This document shows, piece after piece, positions 33,645 to 43,002 of a stretch of 64,000 nucleotides of DNA. Numbering within the stretch: position 1 is the first letter of the stretch; every line of letters begins with the position of its first letter. The DNA is from Chloroflexota bacterium (GTDB lineage: Bacteria; Chloroflexota; Limnocylindria; Limnocylindrales; CSP1-4). Where the stretch lies: assembly GCA_003158675.1 (NCBI GenBank), contig PMKN01000014.1, positions 7,843 to 71,842 of the forward strand, read 5' to 3'. Made by a program: the position numbers and the translations under genes. The notes below the pieces were generated by a model. It did not search any database, was not told the origin of the DNA, and was given only the letters and a program-made list of their open reading frames with translations.

Positions 33645-35450
33645 GTGGACACGTCCCCGCTCGCGATCGGTCGGTATGTCGGCCCGTGGCCGAAGATCGG
33701 GATTCGCCCCGCGATCGACGGTCGGCGCAACGGTGTCCGCGAGTCTCTCGAAGGCCAGACGATGGGGTTGGCCCGGGCGGCGGCGGAATTCATCACCGCC
33801 AACCTGCGCTACCCCGACGGCCAGCCGGTGCAATGCGTCATTCCCGACGACTGCATCGGCGGCGTGGTCGAGGCAGCGCGGGCAGCCGAGTTGTTCAGCC
33901 GGGAGGGCGTTGGCGTCTCTCTGACCGTGACGCCCTGCTGGTGTTACGGCTCCGAGACGATGGACATGGATCCGCTTACCCCCAAGGCGGTCTGGGGCTT
34001 CAACGGAACGGAACGACCGGGAGCCGTCTACCTCGCGGCCGTTCTTGCAGGCCATGCCCAGAAGGGCCTGCCCGCCTTCGGTATTTACGGCCGCGACGTT
34101 CAGGACGCCGCCGACGCCGCAATCCCGGCGGACGTTCAGGAGAAGCTCCTGCGCTTCGCCCGGGCCGCTCTCGCTGCCGCGATCATGCGCGGCAAGTCGT
34201 ACCTGTCGCTCGGCGGCGTCTCGATGGGCATCGCCGGCTCGATCGTGGACCAGGGTTTCTTCGAGCGTTACCTCGGAATGCGCGTCGAGTCGGTCGACAT
34301 GAGCGAGATCACGCGGCGGATCGAGGAGGGCATCTTCGACCCGGCCGAGTTTGCTCGCGCCCACAAGTGGGTTCGCGCCAACTGCCGCGAGGGGACGGAC
34401 CGCAACACGCCCGAGCAGACACGGAGTCGCGAACAGAAGGACCGCGACTGGGAAACGGTCGTGAAGATGTTCCTCATCGCGCGCGACCTCATGGTCGGCA
34501 ATCGGCGCCTGGCTGAGTTGGGGTTCGGCGAAGAGGCGATGGGCCACAACGCGGTCCTCGGCGGCTTCCAGGGGCAGCGCCACTGGACGGACCACTCTCC
34601 CAACGGCGACTTCATGGAGGCGTTCCTCAACTCGTCGTTCGACTGGGATGGGGTCCGGGCGCCGTATGTCTTCGCCACCGAGAACGACAGTCTCAATGGC
34701 GCCTCGATGCTCTTCGGTTATCTGCTGACGAATACCGCGCAGGTCTTCGCCGACGTGCGCACCTACTGGAGCCCCGACGCCGTACAGCGCGTAACCGGCC
34801 ACTCTCTCGAGGGCCGCGCCGCCGGCGGCGTGATCCATCTCATCAACTCGGGGGCCGCCAGCATGGACGCGGCCGGCGGAACTCTGCGCAACGGCCAACC
34901 GGCGATGAAACCGTTCTGGGAGATCGGCGAGGACGAGGCCAAAGGCGCACTGGCGGCCACCACCTGGATGCCGGCCGTGACCGGGTACTTCCGCGGCGGC
35001 GGATTCTCCTCGCTCTTCACTTCGCCCGGCGGTATGCCGGTGACCATGACCCGTATCAACTTGGTCCACGGCGTCGGGCCCGTTCTCCAGCTCGCCGAGG
35101 GCTGGACGGTGGACCTGCCGCCCAAGGTCCACGCCACATTGGACGCGCGGACCGACCCAACGTGGCCGACCCAGTGGTTCACGCCCGTATTGACAGGGAG
35201 CGGGGCGTTCAAGGATGTCTATAGCGTTATGGCCAATTGGGGTGCCAATCACTGCGCCATGAGCTACGGGCACATCGGCGAGGACATGGTCAGTCTGGCC
35301 GCGTTGCTCCGAATTCCCGTCAGCATGCACAACGTGGCTCCGGACAGGCTCTTCCGGCCGAGCGTCTGGAGTTCGCTGGGGACTGCCGATCCCGAGGGAG
35401 CCGACTACCGGGCCTGCGCCAGCTTCGGGCCGACATACGGCCGGCGCTAG
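33645..35450 (+). CDS. fucI: L-fucose isomerase
   Basis: The GTG start has GAGGAGG upstream. The 601-aa protein carries [55 protein letters not shown] and MSYGHIG, which are typical of the FucI family. Confidence 0.9.
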   Translation: MDTSPLAIGRYVGPWPKIGIRPAIDGRRNGVRESLEGQTMGLARAAAEFITANLRYPDGQPVQCVIPDDCIGGVVEAARAAELFSREGVGVSLTVTPCWCYGSETMDMDPLTPKAVWGFNGTERPGAVYLAAVLAGHAQKGLPAFGIYGRDVQDAADAAIPADVQEKLLRFARAALAAAIMRGKSYLSLGGVSMGIAGSIVDQGFFERYLGMRVESVDMSEITRRIEEGIFDPAEFARAHKWVRANCREGTDRNTPEQTRSREQKDRDWETVVKMFLIARDLMVGNRRLAELGFGEEAMGHNAVLGGFQGQRHWTDHSPNGDFMEAFLNSSFDWDGVRAPYVFATENDSLNGASMLFGYLLTNTAQVFADVRTYWSPDAVQRVTGHSLEGRAAGGVIHLINSGAASMDAAGGTLRNGQPAMKPFWEIGEDEAKGALAATTWMPAVTGYFRGGGFSSLFTSPGGMPVTMTRINLVHGVGPVLQLAEGWTVDLPPKVHATLDARTDPTWPTQWFTPVLTGSGAFKDVYSVMANWGANHCAMSYGHIGEDMVSLAALLRIPVSMHNVAPDRLFRPSVWSSLGTADPEGADYRACASFGPTYGRR

Positions 35451-35504
35451 CGTTCAGCGCTAGCGGTTCAGCGTCGATTCGGCAGCCGGACGCCAGGAGG
35501 AGCC

Positions 35505-37010
35505 GTGGGTCGCGCGCGCAAGTTCGTGGCGGTCGACCTCGGAGCCTCCAGTGGGCGCCTGGTCGTAGGTCGCTGGGACGGCGCCCGGTTCGACCTGAGC
35601 GAGGCCCACCGCTTCGCCAATGGGCCTGTTGCCATGCTCGGTCACCAGTACTGGGATGTGCTTTCGATCTGGGCCGAGATCAAATCCGGTCTGAGCTGCT
35701 GCATTGCCGGCGAGACGCAGGGCGCGGGCGAGGTGGCCGGGCTCGGCCTGGACACCTGGGGCGTGGACTACGCTCTGCTGGACCGCGGCGGGAAGCTGCT
35801 CGGCAACCCCTATCACTATCGCGATAGCCGCAACGACGGGACGATTGAGCTCGCTTGCGGGCGCGTGCCTCGCTCCTCCATCTACGACGCGACCGGCATC
35901 CAGTTGATGCAGATCAACACGCTGTTCCAGCTGCTGAGCATGGTTCGCGACGGCGATCCTCAGCTCGAAGCGGCAGCGACGCTTTTGCCGATGCCAAACC
36001 TGTTCGGCTACTGGCTCTCCGGCCGGCCGGCCGCCGAGTACACCATCGCCACGACGACCCAATGCCTGCAGGCCCGCGAGCGCCGCTGGGCCGTGGAGCT
36101 TCTTGAGAAACTCGGCATTCCGACGGGTATCCTGCCGCCCATCGTCGAGCCGGGAACATTCCTCGGAAACGTGCTGCCAGAGGTCGCGGCGGAAACGGGA
36201 CTGACGGGGAGCGTGCCCGTGATCGCGGTTGGGTCGCATGACACCGCGAGTGCGGTCGCCGCCATTCCGGGCCTCGACCCTCGCAGCGCCTACATCAGCA
36301 GCGGCACCTGGAGCCTGATGGGGGTCGAAACCGTCGCGCCGGTCATCGACGAGCGTTCTCTTGCCGGCAACTTCACCAACGAGGGTGGGGTCGGCGGCAC
36401 GATTCGGCTGCTCCGGAACCTCCCCGGCCTGTGGCTGGTTCAGGAATGCCGGCGCCACTGGCGGCGCGAGGGCAGCGACTACAGCTGGGAAGCGCTTCTG
36501 GAGCGAGCCGAGCGCGAAGAGCCGTTCCGCCACCTCATCGATCCCGACGCTCCGGAACTGCTAAATCCCCCGGACATGCCAGCGGCCATCCGCGAGCTCT
36601 GCCGCAGGAGTGGGCAGGAGCCACCGGAGACGGTCGGCGCGGTGATTCGATGCTGCCTCGAAAGCCTGGCTCTCAGCTACCGGTCGACGCTCGACGACCT
36701 CCAGGAACTCGTTGGCCACCGGCTCGAGGTCGTCCGTATCGTCGGCGGCGGCAGCCAGAACCGGCCGCTGTGCCAGATGGCGGCCGATGCCTGCGGCGTG
36801 CCCGTAGTGGCCGGCCCGGTCGAGGCTACGGCGTTGGGCAATCTGATGGTCCAGGCCATTGCCACCGGCGATCTCGACGACATCGCCGCCGGCCGTGAGG
36901 CGGTAGCCGCTTCGGTAACCCTCGACTCGTACGAGCCGCGCCCCGGCGGCGCCTGGGAGGAGATGCTGGGGCGGATGCGGAGCAGCCAGGGCGGGCGCTT
37001 GGGGCGGTAG
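35505..37010 (+). CDS. FGGY-family carbohydrate kinase (rhamnulokinase/fuculokinase-like)
   Basis: The GTG start has AGGAGGAG upstream. FVAVDLGASSGRLVVG, GLDTWGVDYALLD, SHDTASAV, SSGTWSL and IVGGGSQN. The sequence is closest in style to RhaB. Its position next to fucI suggests L-fuculose as substrate. Confidence 0.85.
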   Translation: MGRARKFVAVDLGASSGRLVVGRWDGARFDLSEAHRFANGPVAMLGHQYWDVLSIWAEIKSGLSCCIAGETQGAGEVAGLGLDTWGVDYALLDRGGKLLGNPYHYRDSRNDGTIELACGRVPRSSIYDATGIQLMQINTLFQLLSMVRDGDPQLEAAATLLPMPNLFGYWLSGRPAAEYTIATTTQCLQARERRWAVELLEKLGIPTGILPPIVEPGTFLGNVLPEVAAETGLTGSVPVIAVGSHDTASAVAAIPGLDPRSAYISSGTWSLMGVETVAPVIDERSLAGNFTNEGGVGGTIRLLRNLPGLWLVQECRRHWRREGSDYSWEALLERAEREEPFRHLIDPDAPELLNPPDMPAAIRELCRRSGQEPPETVGAVIRCCLESLALSYRSTLDDLQELVGHRLEVVRIVGGGSQNRPLCQMAADACGVPVVAGPVEATALGNLMVQAIATGDLDDIAAGREAVAASVTLDSYEPRPGGAWEEMLGRMRSSQGGRLGR

Positions 37011-37073
37011 TCTGCCGGGCCGGCGCGCCACCGTCCGGGCCTCGAGTCGGGGCGCCGTCCATACTTGCGGGCA

Positions 37074-38321
37074 ATGACCCCCGATCGCGCCGCGGCCTCC
37101 ACTCCCTGGACACTGCGTGCCATCTACGTGGCGGTGGGGCTTTCGACCGCGTCGGTCGCGCCGTTCGTGCCGGTCATCCTCAAGGGCCGCGGTCTCGACC
37201 CGGCCACCGTCGGGCTGGTGGCCTCCCTCGGAGCACTGGCATCGACTCTGGTCGTACCGGCTTGGGGGCACCTGGCCGATTCGGTCGTGGGTAGCGCCCG
37301 AGCATTCCGGATTGGACTGCTCATAGCTGCCGGCGTCGCAGCTGCCCTCCTGCTGAACCTGCCTCTCTTCGCGTTCGCCGCGCTTCTCGCCTGCTTCACG
37401 GTCTTCGCCAGCCTCTTCATCGGCCTGGGCGACGCACTTGCGGTGGTCGACCTGCCAGCCCCCGAGCGGCAGTACGGCGCGCTCCGCGCCCACGCCAGCC
37501 TGTCGTTCACGGTGTGGGTCGTTGCAGTTGGCTTTCTCTATAGCTGGGCGGGGTACGGCTCCGCCCCCGCGGTCTTCCTCGTCTGCGTGGGACTCATGCT
37601 GCTGCTCGTGCGCCGGATCCCCGGCCGCTCGCCGGAAGCGAGGGCTCGCGCCCGTGCCTACGCGGGCGAGCCGGGGGGTCGCTACGGCTCGCTCGGTCGC
37701 GCCTTCGCCGCGCAGCCTCGGCTCTGGGCCGTCCTCGGGGTCCTCGCCGTCGCATTCGTAGGAGTCCAGGGATCGCTCACGTTCGTGGGCATCCGAATCG
37801 TCGAGCTTGGTGGCAAGCCATCCGACGTCGCGGTCTCGTTCGCAGTCGCCGCGATCGCCGAGATCCCGGGGCTCGTGGCCGCGGGCTGGTTGGGTCGGCG
37901 GATCGGGCTCCGCTGGCTGTTCGTCGCGTCGTTGTTCCTCTACGGACTGAGCGTGATGTCCTGGGGCATCCTGCCCTACGCCTTGGCGATCAACGCGACC
38001 CGCGCAGTAACGGGCATGTGCAACGGCTCCCTCATGGCGGCGCGCGTGCTCATGGTTCCACGCCTGCTCCCTGAATCGCTCCAGGCAACCGGTCAGGTCC
38101 TGTTCCAGTCCGCGACCTTGGGCCTCGGAACGGTGCTGGGAAGCGTGATCGGCGGCGTTCTGTACGACTCATTTGGCCCGACCTTCTTCTTCCTCGCGGC
38201 CGGCGGCGCGGCGATCGTCGGGGGATTGGCGGCGTGGTTCGTCCTGGCCGGTCCGGTGGGCGCGCCCCTGACGGGCGAGTCTGTCGATCCGTTCGAGCTG
38301 AACGAACCGCCGGTTCCCTGA
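37074..38321 (+). CDS. MFS transporter (12 TM, MFS_1_like/HcaT-like)
   Basis: Track ORF 37065..38321 begins at a TTG; ATG 37074 is chosen as the start. Hydrophobic 12-helix pattern, with GRRIGLR between helices. Last gene of the sugar cluster. Confidence 0.8.
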   Translation: MTPDRAAASTPWTLRAIYVAVGLSTASVAPFVPVILKGRGLDPATVGLVASLGALASTLVVPAWGHLADSVVGSARAFRIGLLIAAGVAAALLLNLPLFAFAALLACFTVFASLFIGLGDALAVVDLPAPERQYGALRAHASLSFTVWVVAVGFLYSWAGYGSAPAVFLVCVGLMLLLVRRIPGRSPEARARARAYAGEPGGRYGSLGRAFAAQPRLWAVLGVLAVAFVGVQGSLTFVGIRIVELGGKPSDVAVSFAVAAIAEIPGLVAAGWLGRRIGLRWLFVASLFLYGLSVMSWGILPYALAINATRAVTGMCNGSLMAARVLMVPRLLPESLQATGQVLFQSATLGLGTVLGSVIGGVLYDSFGPTFFFLAAGGAAIVGGLAAWFVLAGPVGAPLTGESVDPFELNEPPVP

Positions 38322-38434
38322 GGGCGATGCGCCCGTATCGATCTTGGCCGTGACCTGGAGCGCGGCCATGCCGCAGCGTGGGCCGAAAGTTCCCGTGCGC
38401 CCGCCCTTCGAGGACCCGGCGTAAGCTCGGTTGC

Positions 38435-38854
38435 ATGGTCAACGAAGTGCACGCGTCCCCCGAGGCTCTCATGGACGATTCCATCCGCCGCGCCCTGGCG
38501 CATGGCGGCGTCATCGACATCACCACCACCGGTCGCCGAAGCGGCAACCCGCGCCGCATCGAGATCGTATTCCACGTCATCGACGGGCGGATCTACATCA
38601 GCGGCATCCCGAATCCCACTCGCACCCGGAGATGGCTCGGCAATCTCGAGGCGAACCCTCGCTTCACGTTCCATCTCAAGCGCGGCGTGGCGGCGGACCT
38701 GCCAGCCACGGCCCGAGTCATTGTCGACCAAGCCGAACGGCGGGCGATCCTGACGCACGTCGCGAGCGCCTGGAACCGGACGGACCTCGAGGCAATGGTG
38801 GCCGGCAGCCCGCTGATCGAGGTGACGATCGACGGCCTGGACGACGCACCCTAG
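38435..38854 (+). CDS. Deazaflavin(F420)-dependent nitroreductase-family (DDN/DUF385) oxidoreductase
   Basis: Track ORF 38378..38854 trimmed to ATG 38435. ITTTGRRSGNPRRIEIVFHVIDGRIYISG and WLGNLEANPRFTFHL are typical of the split-barrel DDN family. Confidence 0.75.
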   Translation: MVNEVHASPEALMDDSIRRALAHGGVIDITTTGRRSGNPRRIEIVFHVIDGRIYISGIPNPTRTRRWLGNLEANPRFTFHLKRGVAADLPATARVIVDQAERRAILTHVASAWNRTDLEAMVAGSPLIEVTIDGLDDAP

Positions 38855-38949
38855 CCGAGCGGCCTCCCCGGGCGGCGGTGCGGTGAACTCGGTTCGGATG
38901 TCGGTTCGTCCCGGTCGCCGTACGGCGGTATCGAGTAGGGTTTGCCGTC

Positions 38950-40398
38950 ATGGAACGCAAGTGGCTCATCCTCTCGAGCGTGTCACTCGGCTCGCTCATG
39001 GCGACGCTTGACGGCAGCATTGTCAATATCGCCCTACCGGCGATCCAGACCGACTTCGCCATTGATTTGACCACGGTCGAGTGGGTCGTCGTCGCCTACC
39101 TCCTGGTCGTCGGCAGCTTGCTACTGCCCTTTGGCCGGCTGGGCGAGGTGCTGACCTTCAAGCGCGTCTATCTCGTCGGCTTCGGCCTTTTCACACTTGC
39201 CAGCGTCTGCTGCGGCGCTTCCCCGAACGAAGCCGCGCTCGTCGGCTTTCGGGCTGTCCAGGCAGTTGGCGCGGCAATGATCATGGCCATGGGCCCGGCG
39301 ATCGTGGCCCGGACCTTCCCGGCCGCCGAGCGTGGGCGGGCGCTGGGCCTCAACGGTATCAGCGTGGCGATAGGTCTCAGCCTTGGGCCGGCGCTCGGTG
39401 GGATCCTGACCCAGGCTGCAACCTGGCGGGCGATCTTCCTGATCAACGCCCCGATCGGAGTGCTCGCGATCGTTTGGGCTGCGCGCGTGCTCCCGGCCGA
39501 GACGTCCGGCAAGGACCAATCGTTCGACGTCAGGGGAGCCGCGCTATCTGGCGCTGCCCTGTTCGCTCTTCTCCTCGGTCTCAGCGACGGCCAGGAGTGG
39601 GGTTGGACCAGCCCCGCGGTCGTGGGCCTGTTCGCCGCTTTCGTCGTTCTGGGAGCGGCCTTTCTCCTCACGGAGCGCAGGTCGATCCAGCCGATGGTCG
39701 ACCTGGCGCTCTTCCGAATCCGGCCGTTCTCCGCCGGACTCGCCAGTGTCGTTGTGGCTTTCGCAGGGCTCTTCACGGCGACCTTCCTGTTGCCGTTCTT
39801 GCTGGAGCAGGGGCGTGGCTTCTCGCCCATCGAGGCAGGCTTGCTGCTCACACCGGTGCCGATCACGATGGCGCTGGTCGCGCCCCTCAGCGGCGTGGCT
39901 TCGGACCGCTTTGGCCCGCGCGCGCTCGCGAGCACCGGGATGGCGATCATGGTCCTCGGTTTGCTTAGCCTCACGGAGCTGCCGGCGGACTTTGCTCTGC
40001 CGGACCTGATCTGGCGGCTGGTCCTGCTGGGCATCGGCCAGGGCATGTTCATGAGCCCCAACAGCAGCGCCGTGCTCGGCTCCGTGCCACGGCCGCGAGT
40101 CGGCACGGCGTCGGGCACGCTGGCGCAGATGCGTGTCAACGGCCAGGCTCTTGGGATTGCGCTGAGCGGGGCCGTCGTCGCGACGCGGTTGCCGGTACAT
40201 CTGGCCGCGCTCAACGGCAGCGGCCCTCCCACGCCCGCCGTCCGCAGCGTGGCGCTGGCCGGGGCCATTCACGACGCGTTCGCAGTGGCGGCGCTCGTCT
40301 GCTGCGTCGGTATAGTGACCAGCCTGATTCGGGGATCGAGCCGGCCGGGGCAAGCCCAGGCCTCCTCCAGAGCAGTCGGGACGCCGGCCGGGCAGTAA
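38950..40398 (+). CDS. MFS transporter, DHA2 (EmrB/QacA, 14-TM) drug-efflux type
   Basis: LGSLMATLDGSIVNIALPAI, LPFGRLGEVLTFKRVYL and GRALGLNGISVAIGLSLGPALGG. 482 aa. Confidence 0.88.
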   Translation: MERKWLILSSVSLGSLMATLDGSIVNIALPAIQTDFAIDLTTVEWVVVAYLLVVGSLLLPFGRLGEVLTFKRVYLVGFGLFTLASVCCGASPNEAALVGFRAVQAVGAAMIMAMGPAIVARTFPAAERGRALGLNGISVAIGLSLGPALGGILTQAATWRAIFLINAPIGVLAIVWAARVLPAETSGKDQSFDVRGAALSGAALFALLLGLSDGQEWGWTSPAVVGLFAAFVVLGAAFLLTERRSIQPMVDLALFRIRPFSAGLASVVVAFAGLFTATFLLPFLLEQGRGFSPIEAGLLLTPVPITMALVAPLSGVASDRFGPRALASTGMAIMVLGLLSLTELPADFALPDLIWRLVLLGIGQGMFMSPNSSAVLGSVPRPRVGTASGTLAQMRVNGQALGIALSGAVVATRLPVHLAALNGSGPPTPAVRSVALAGAIHDAFAVAALVCCVGIVTSLIRGSSRPGQAQASSRAVGTPAGQ

Positions 40399-40424
40399 CG
40401 CAGGCCGCCAGAGGAGCCCTCGAG

Positions 40425-41300
40425 CTACCGGCGGTGCGCCGCCAGGAACTCCCAGATTGCCCGCGTGGCGTCGAAGGTGTCGCTGGTCCGCCCGAACAGC
40501 ACGGCCGGCAGAGCGAAGCGGCTGCGAGGCCAGGTGTGGCCGGCGCCCTCGACGCGATAGAACGCCGTGTCGGAGGACGGCGTCGGGCCGCGCCAGGTTC
40601 TGATGAGTGTGTCGGGCGGGAGTGCAGTTACGACCGGGTCCTCGGCGGCGCCATTGACGGCGACCCAGAACCGGGCCCAATCGTCGACGCCGACGCTCGG
40701 GCCGGCAGCGTGGCGGATCATGATGTGGCCCAGGAGGCTGCGCCGAACGCCGCCCCCGTAGGGCGCAATATTGTCGGCCGTGCCGTGGATGCTGAGGATC
40801 GGCACAGGGCGGGCAGGGCGGCAGCCGGCGACGATGCCGACTCCGGCGGTACCCGCCACCTGGGCAATTCCCGCGATCCGATCGGCAAGCTGGCAGGCCA
40901 ACCTGCCGGCCATTGCCGCTCCATTCGACATTCCAACCACGTAGATCCGCTGCGGATCCAGCCGCAGGCGGGAAGTGGCGTCGTCGATGACCGCTCGTAG
41001 ATAGCCCACATCGTTCGGCCTTCGCCCCTCGGGAGCTGCGTCGCGGCCGTCGTTCCAGATCTCCCCCAACGCGCTTGGCAGCGCCAGCGCGAAGCCGGCC
41101 TCCTCGGCCAGCGAGCCGAGGCCGGTTATCCGGTCGAACCGTTCCGCGTCGATCCCCCGGCCGTGTAGTTCAAGGAGCAGCGGGAGGTGCACGCTGTCCG
41201 GGGCGGCGGGGGCCTGGAGCATGTATGGCCGGCTCAGCCCGTCATAGCTCAGAGGGATCGTGTCACGACTTGCAAGCCCACGGGTTTCCATGTCGGACAT
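40425..41300 (-). CDS. PHB-depolymerase-family / LpqC-like esterase (alpha/beta hydrolase)
   Basis: Track ORF 40425..41483 trimmed to ATG 41300. PLLLELHG, DVGYLRAVID, nucleophile elbow GMSNGA and HGTADNIAPY. Confidence 0.75.
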   Translation of the reverse strand: MSDMETRGLASRDTIPLSYDGLSRPYMLQAPAAPDSVHLPLLLELHGRGIDAERFDRITGLGSLAEEAGFALALPSALGEIWNDGRDAAPEGRRPNDVGYLRAVIDDATSRLRLDPQRIYVVGMSNGAAMAGRLACQLADRIAGIAQVAGTAGVGIVAGCRPARPVPILSIHGTADNIAPYGGGVRRSLLGHIMIRHAAGPSVGVDDWARFWVAVNGAAEDPVVTALPPDTLIRTWRGPTPSSDTAFYRVEGAGHTWPRSRFALPAVLFGRTSDTFDATRAIWEFLAAHRR

Positions 41301-41456
41301 TGTGGCGTGGCAACCGTAAGGTCGGAGTCGCGCCACCTGCCGGACACGTTTGGTGCGCCGTTCGGTTCGCCCCCGAGGGTCGGCCTGGAGGCGCGCTATC
41401 CTGCCCGCGACTGCCCGAGACTTGCGGCGCCTGCCCCGCGACGAGGTCACCCGAAG

Positions 41457-41729
41457 ATGTGCCGATCCATCCAACCTCTCCACAACTACGACCCCCCGAC
41501 AACCGAGGACGAGGTCCGCGCCGCCGCGCTCCAGTTCGTCCGCAAGGTCAGCGGCATGACCAGGCCGGCGCCGCGCAACCAGGCCGCGTTCGATGGCGCG
41601 GTCGAGGCTGTGGCGGCAGCCACGAAAGAGCTCCTACGGTCGCTCGTCGCCACGACAGCGCCGCACGATCGAACGCTGGAACGCCAGCGCGCCCGCTCCC
41701 GGTGGGAGCGGCGACAGGCCCGCGCCTGA
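41457..41729 (+). CDS. DUF2277 domain protein
   Basis: Last 90 codons of track ORF 41187..41729. MCRSIQPLHNYDPPTTEDEVRAAALQFVRKVSGMTRPAPRNQAAFDGAV matches my memory of the conserved DUF2277 N-terminus (MCRNI..L...PPAT.EE..AAALQ.VRK.SG). Confidence 0.65.
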   Translation: MCRSIQPLHNYDPPTTEDEVRAAALQFVRKVSGMTRPAPRNQAAFDGAVEAVAAATKELLRSLVATTAPHDRTLERQRARSRWERRQARA

Positions 41730-41765
41730 AGGGCCGACCGGATTGGCACCCTGTCGCGTCGTTGG

Positions 41766-42242
41766 TTAGCGGAAGGAAGCGGCCTGAAGCTCGGAGTCCC
41801 CCAACCTGGCCAGATAGGCCTCCAGACGAGTTCGATCGGCATTGGACATCGTCGCGAACGCGATGACCGCGAGCCTGCTCGGATGCCGGCTGCCCGAGGT
41901 GGAGAGCGCTGGGGCGGAGAGGAAGGGACCATTTGCGGGTGCGTCTTCGATGCGAACGACCCGCGCCAGCGCACAGACGGCCTGCCTGGGCCAGACGACC
42001 ATGCTCACGAAGACGTGGTCGCCGACGCTCACATGGAGGGTCGTCAGCAGCTTCATGCCCGCGAGGCTGAGGTCGTACGCTCGGCCCATCTCGAACTGGC
42101 CACCACCGCCGGGGCGGGAGCTCGCGACCACGCGCACGCCCACCGGGAGGCTGTCGAACGTGGGCGGGACCGTATCTGCGTCAGGCTGGGGCGAAACCGA
42201 ATTGTCCGACCGGAGCCACGACGCGTCCTGTAACTCAGCCAT
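41766..42242 (-). CDS. PilZ-like domain protein (degenerate c-di-GMP motif)
   Basis: 158-aa track ORF. It contains D-x-S-x-x-G (DLSLAGM) in a beta-rich context, but I see no canonical RxxxR upstream. Confidence 0.45.
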   Translation of the reverse strand: MAELQDASWLRSDNSVSPQPDADTVPPTFDSLPVGVRVVASSRPGGGGQFEMGRAYDLSLAGMKLLTTLHVSVGDHVFVSMVVWPRQAVCALARVVRIEDAPANGPFLSAPALSTSGSRHPSRLAVIAFATMSNADRTRLEAYLARLGDSELQAASFR

Positions 42243-42290
42243 TTGCCGGGACCTCTTCGAACGTCGTGTCGCTTGTCGCTGGGGGCGCTC

Positions 42291-42884
42291 TCAAGGCGCC
42301 ATATTCACCACGGAGCTGAATGTGTCGTTGAAGTCGTAGAGATTCGCGGTCCACACGTTGCAGCCGTTCTGCCAGTACCAGCCGCCGTAGTTGATGTTCT
42401 CGTAGTACCGAGGCAGGCCGCAGTTGACCGACTTCATCGAGCTGATGGCGTCGTTCCAGCCGATCGCGCCAAGGTTCGGGACCGCGCCATAGACGGTCAG
42501 AGCGTTGCCGCCGTAGTTGATGTCCCAGTACGCGATCGTGTACGGGCCGCCGGCCCAATCCGGCGCGGTGCCACCGGCATTCCCGTCCGCCGACCCGGCG
42601 CCCAGCGACGCGGCCGGAGCCGTCGGTTCGGTCCATCCCAGGTCGGCGTCAACCTCGGCCTGGCTGGCGAAGCAGCGCACGATTGGGTAGTCGCGGGTAT
42701 GGCAGAAATGCTGCGATGCTTGCCACGGGCCGATCGGCACCCCCTCGTACGTTGCCGTGATGGCCGTGCCATCCGACGAGAGGACATATGGCGAAGAAGC
42801 GACGGCATGGGCGGGTATCTCCCCGGCAATGGCGACGGCTATGACCAGCGTCGCGACGAACCGAAGGAGCAGAATGCGGTGCAT
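42291..42884 (-). CDS. Secreted beta/gamma-crystallin-like (peptidase-inhibitor I36-like) protein
   Basis: Track ORF 42291..43073 trimmed to ATG 42884 (MHRILLLRFVATLVIAVAIAGEIPAHA signal peptide). The C-terminus has two Greek-key-like units, YWDINYGGNAL...WNDAISS and YYENINYGGWY...FNDTFSS. Confidence 0.6.
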   Translation of the reverse strand: MHRILLLRFVATLVIAVAIAGEIPAHAVASSPYVLSSDGTAITATYEGVPIGPWQASQHFCHTRDYPIVRCFASQAEVDADLGWTEPTAPAASLGAGSADGNAGGTAPDWAGGPYTIAYWDINYGGNALTVYGAVPNLGAIGWNDAISSMKSVNCGLPRYYENINYGGWYWQNGCNVWTANLYDFNDTFSSVVNMAP

Positions 42885-43002
42885 GGCAGAGACCTCGATT
42901 TCCTGACCAGTAAATGCGGCCGTCCGAAGCCTCCCCCCCAGGCAACGCTCCGAACGGCCGCAGTAACGCCGGATCCCCGCCAGATTCCTATTCCGGCGAA
43001 CA

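Noticed and set aside
33621-35330. 569-aa minus-strand ORF
   Set aside because: It is antisense to the strongly supported L-fucose isomerase gene, and its composition is junk.
35444-35470. Tandem 13/14-bp duplication GCGCTAGCGTTCA GCGCTAGCGGTTCA spanning the fucI stop codon
   Set aside because: It is real in the sequence but tiny. The second TAG is out of frame, so it has no effect on the protein. It is probably a slippage scar with no evident function.
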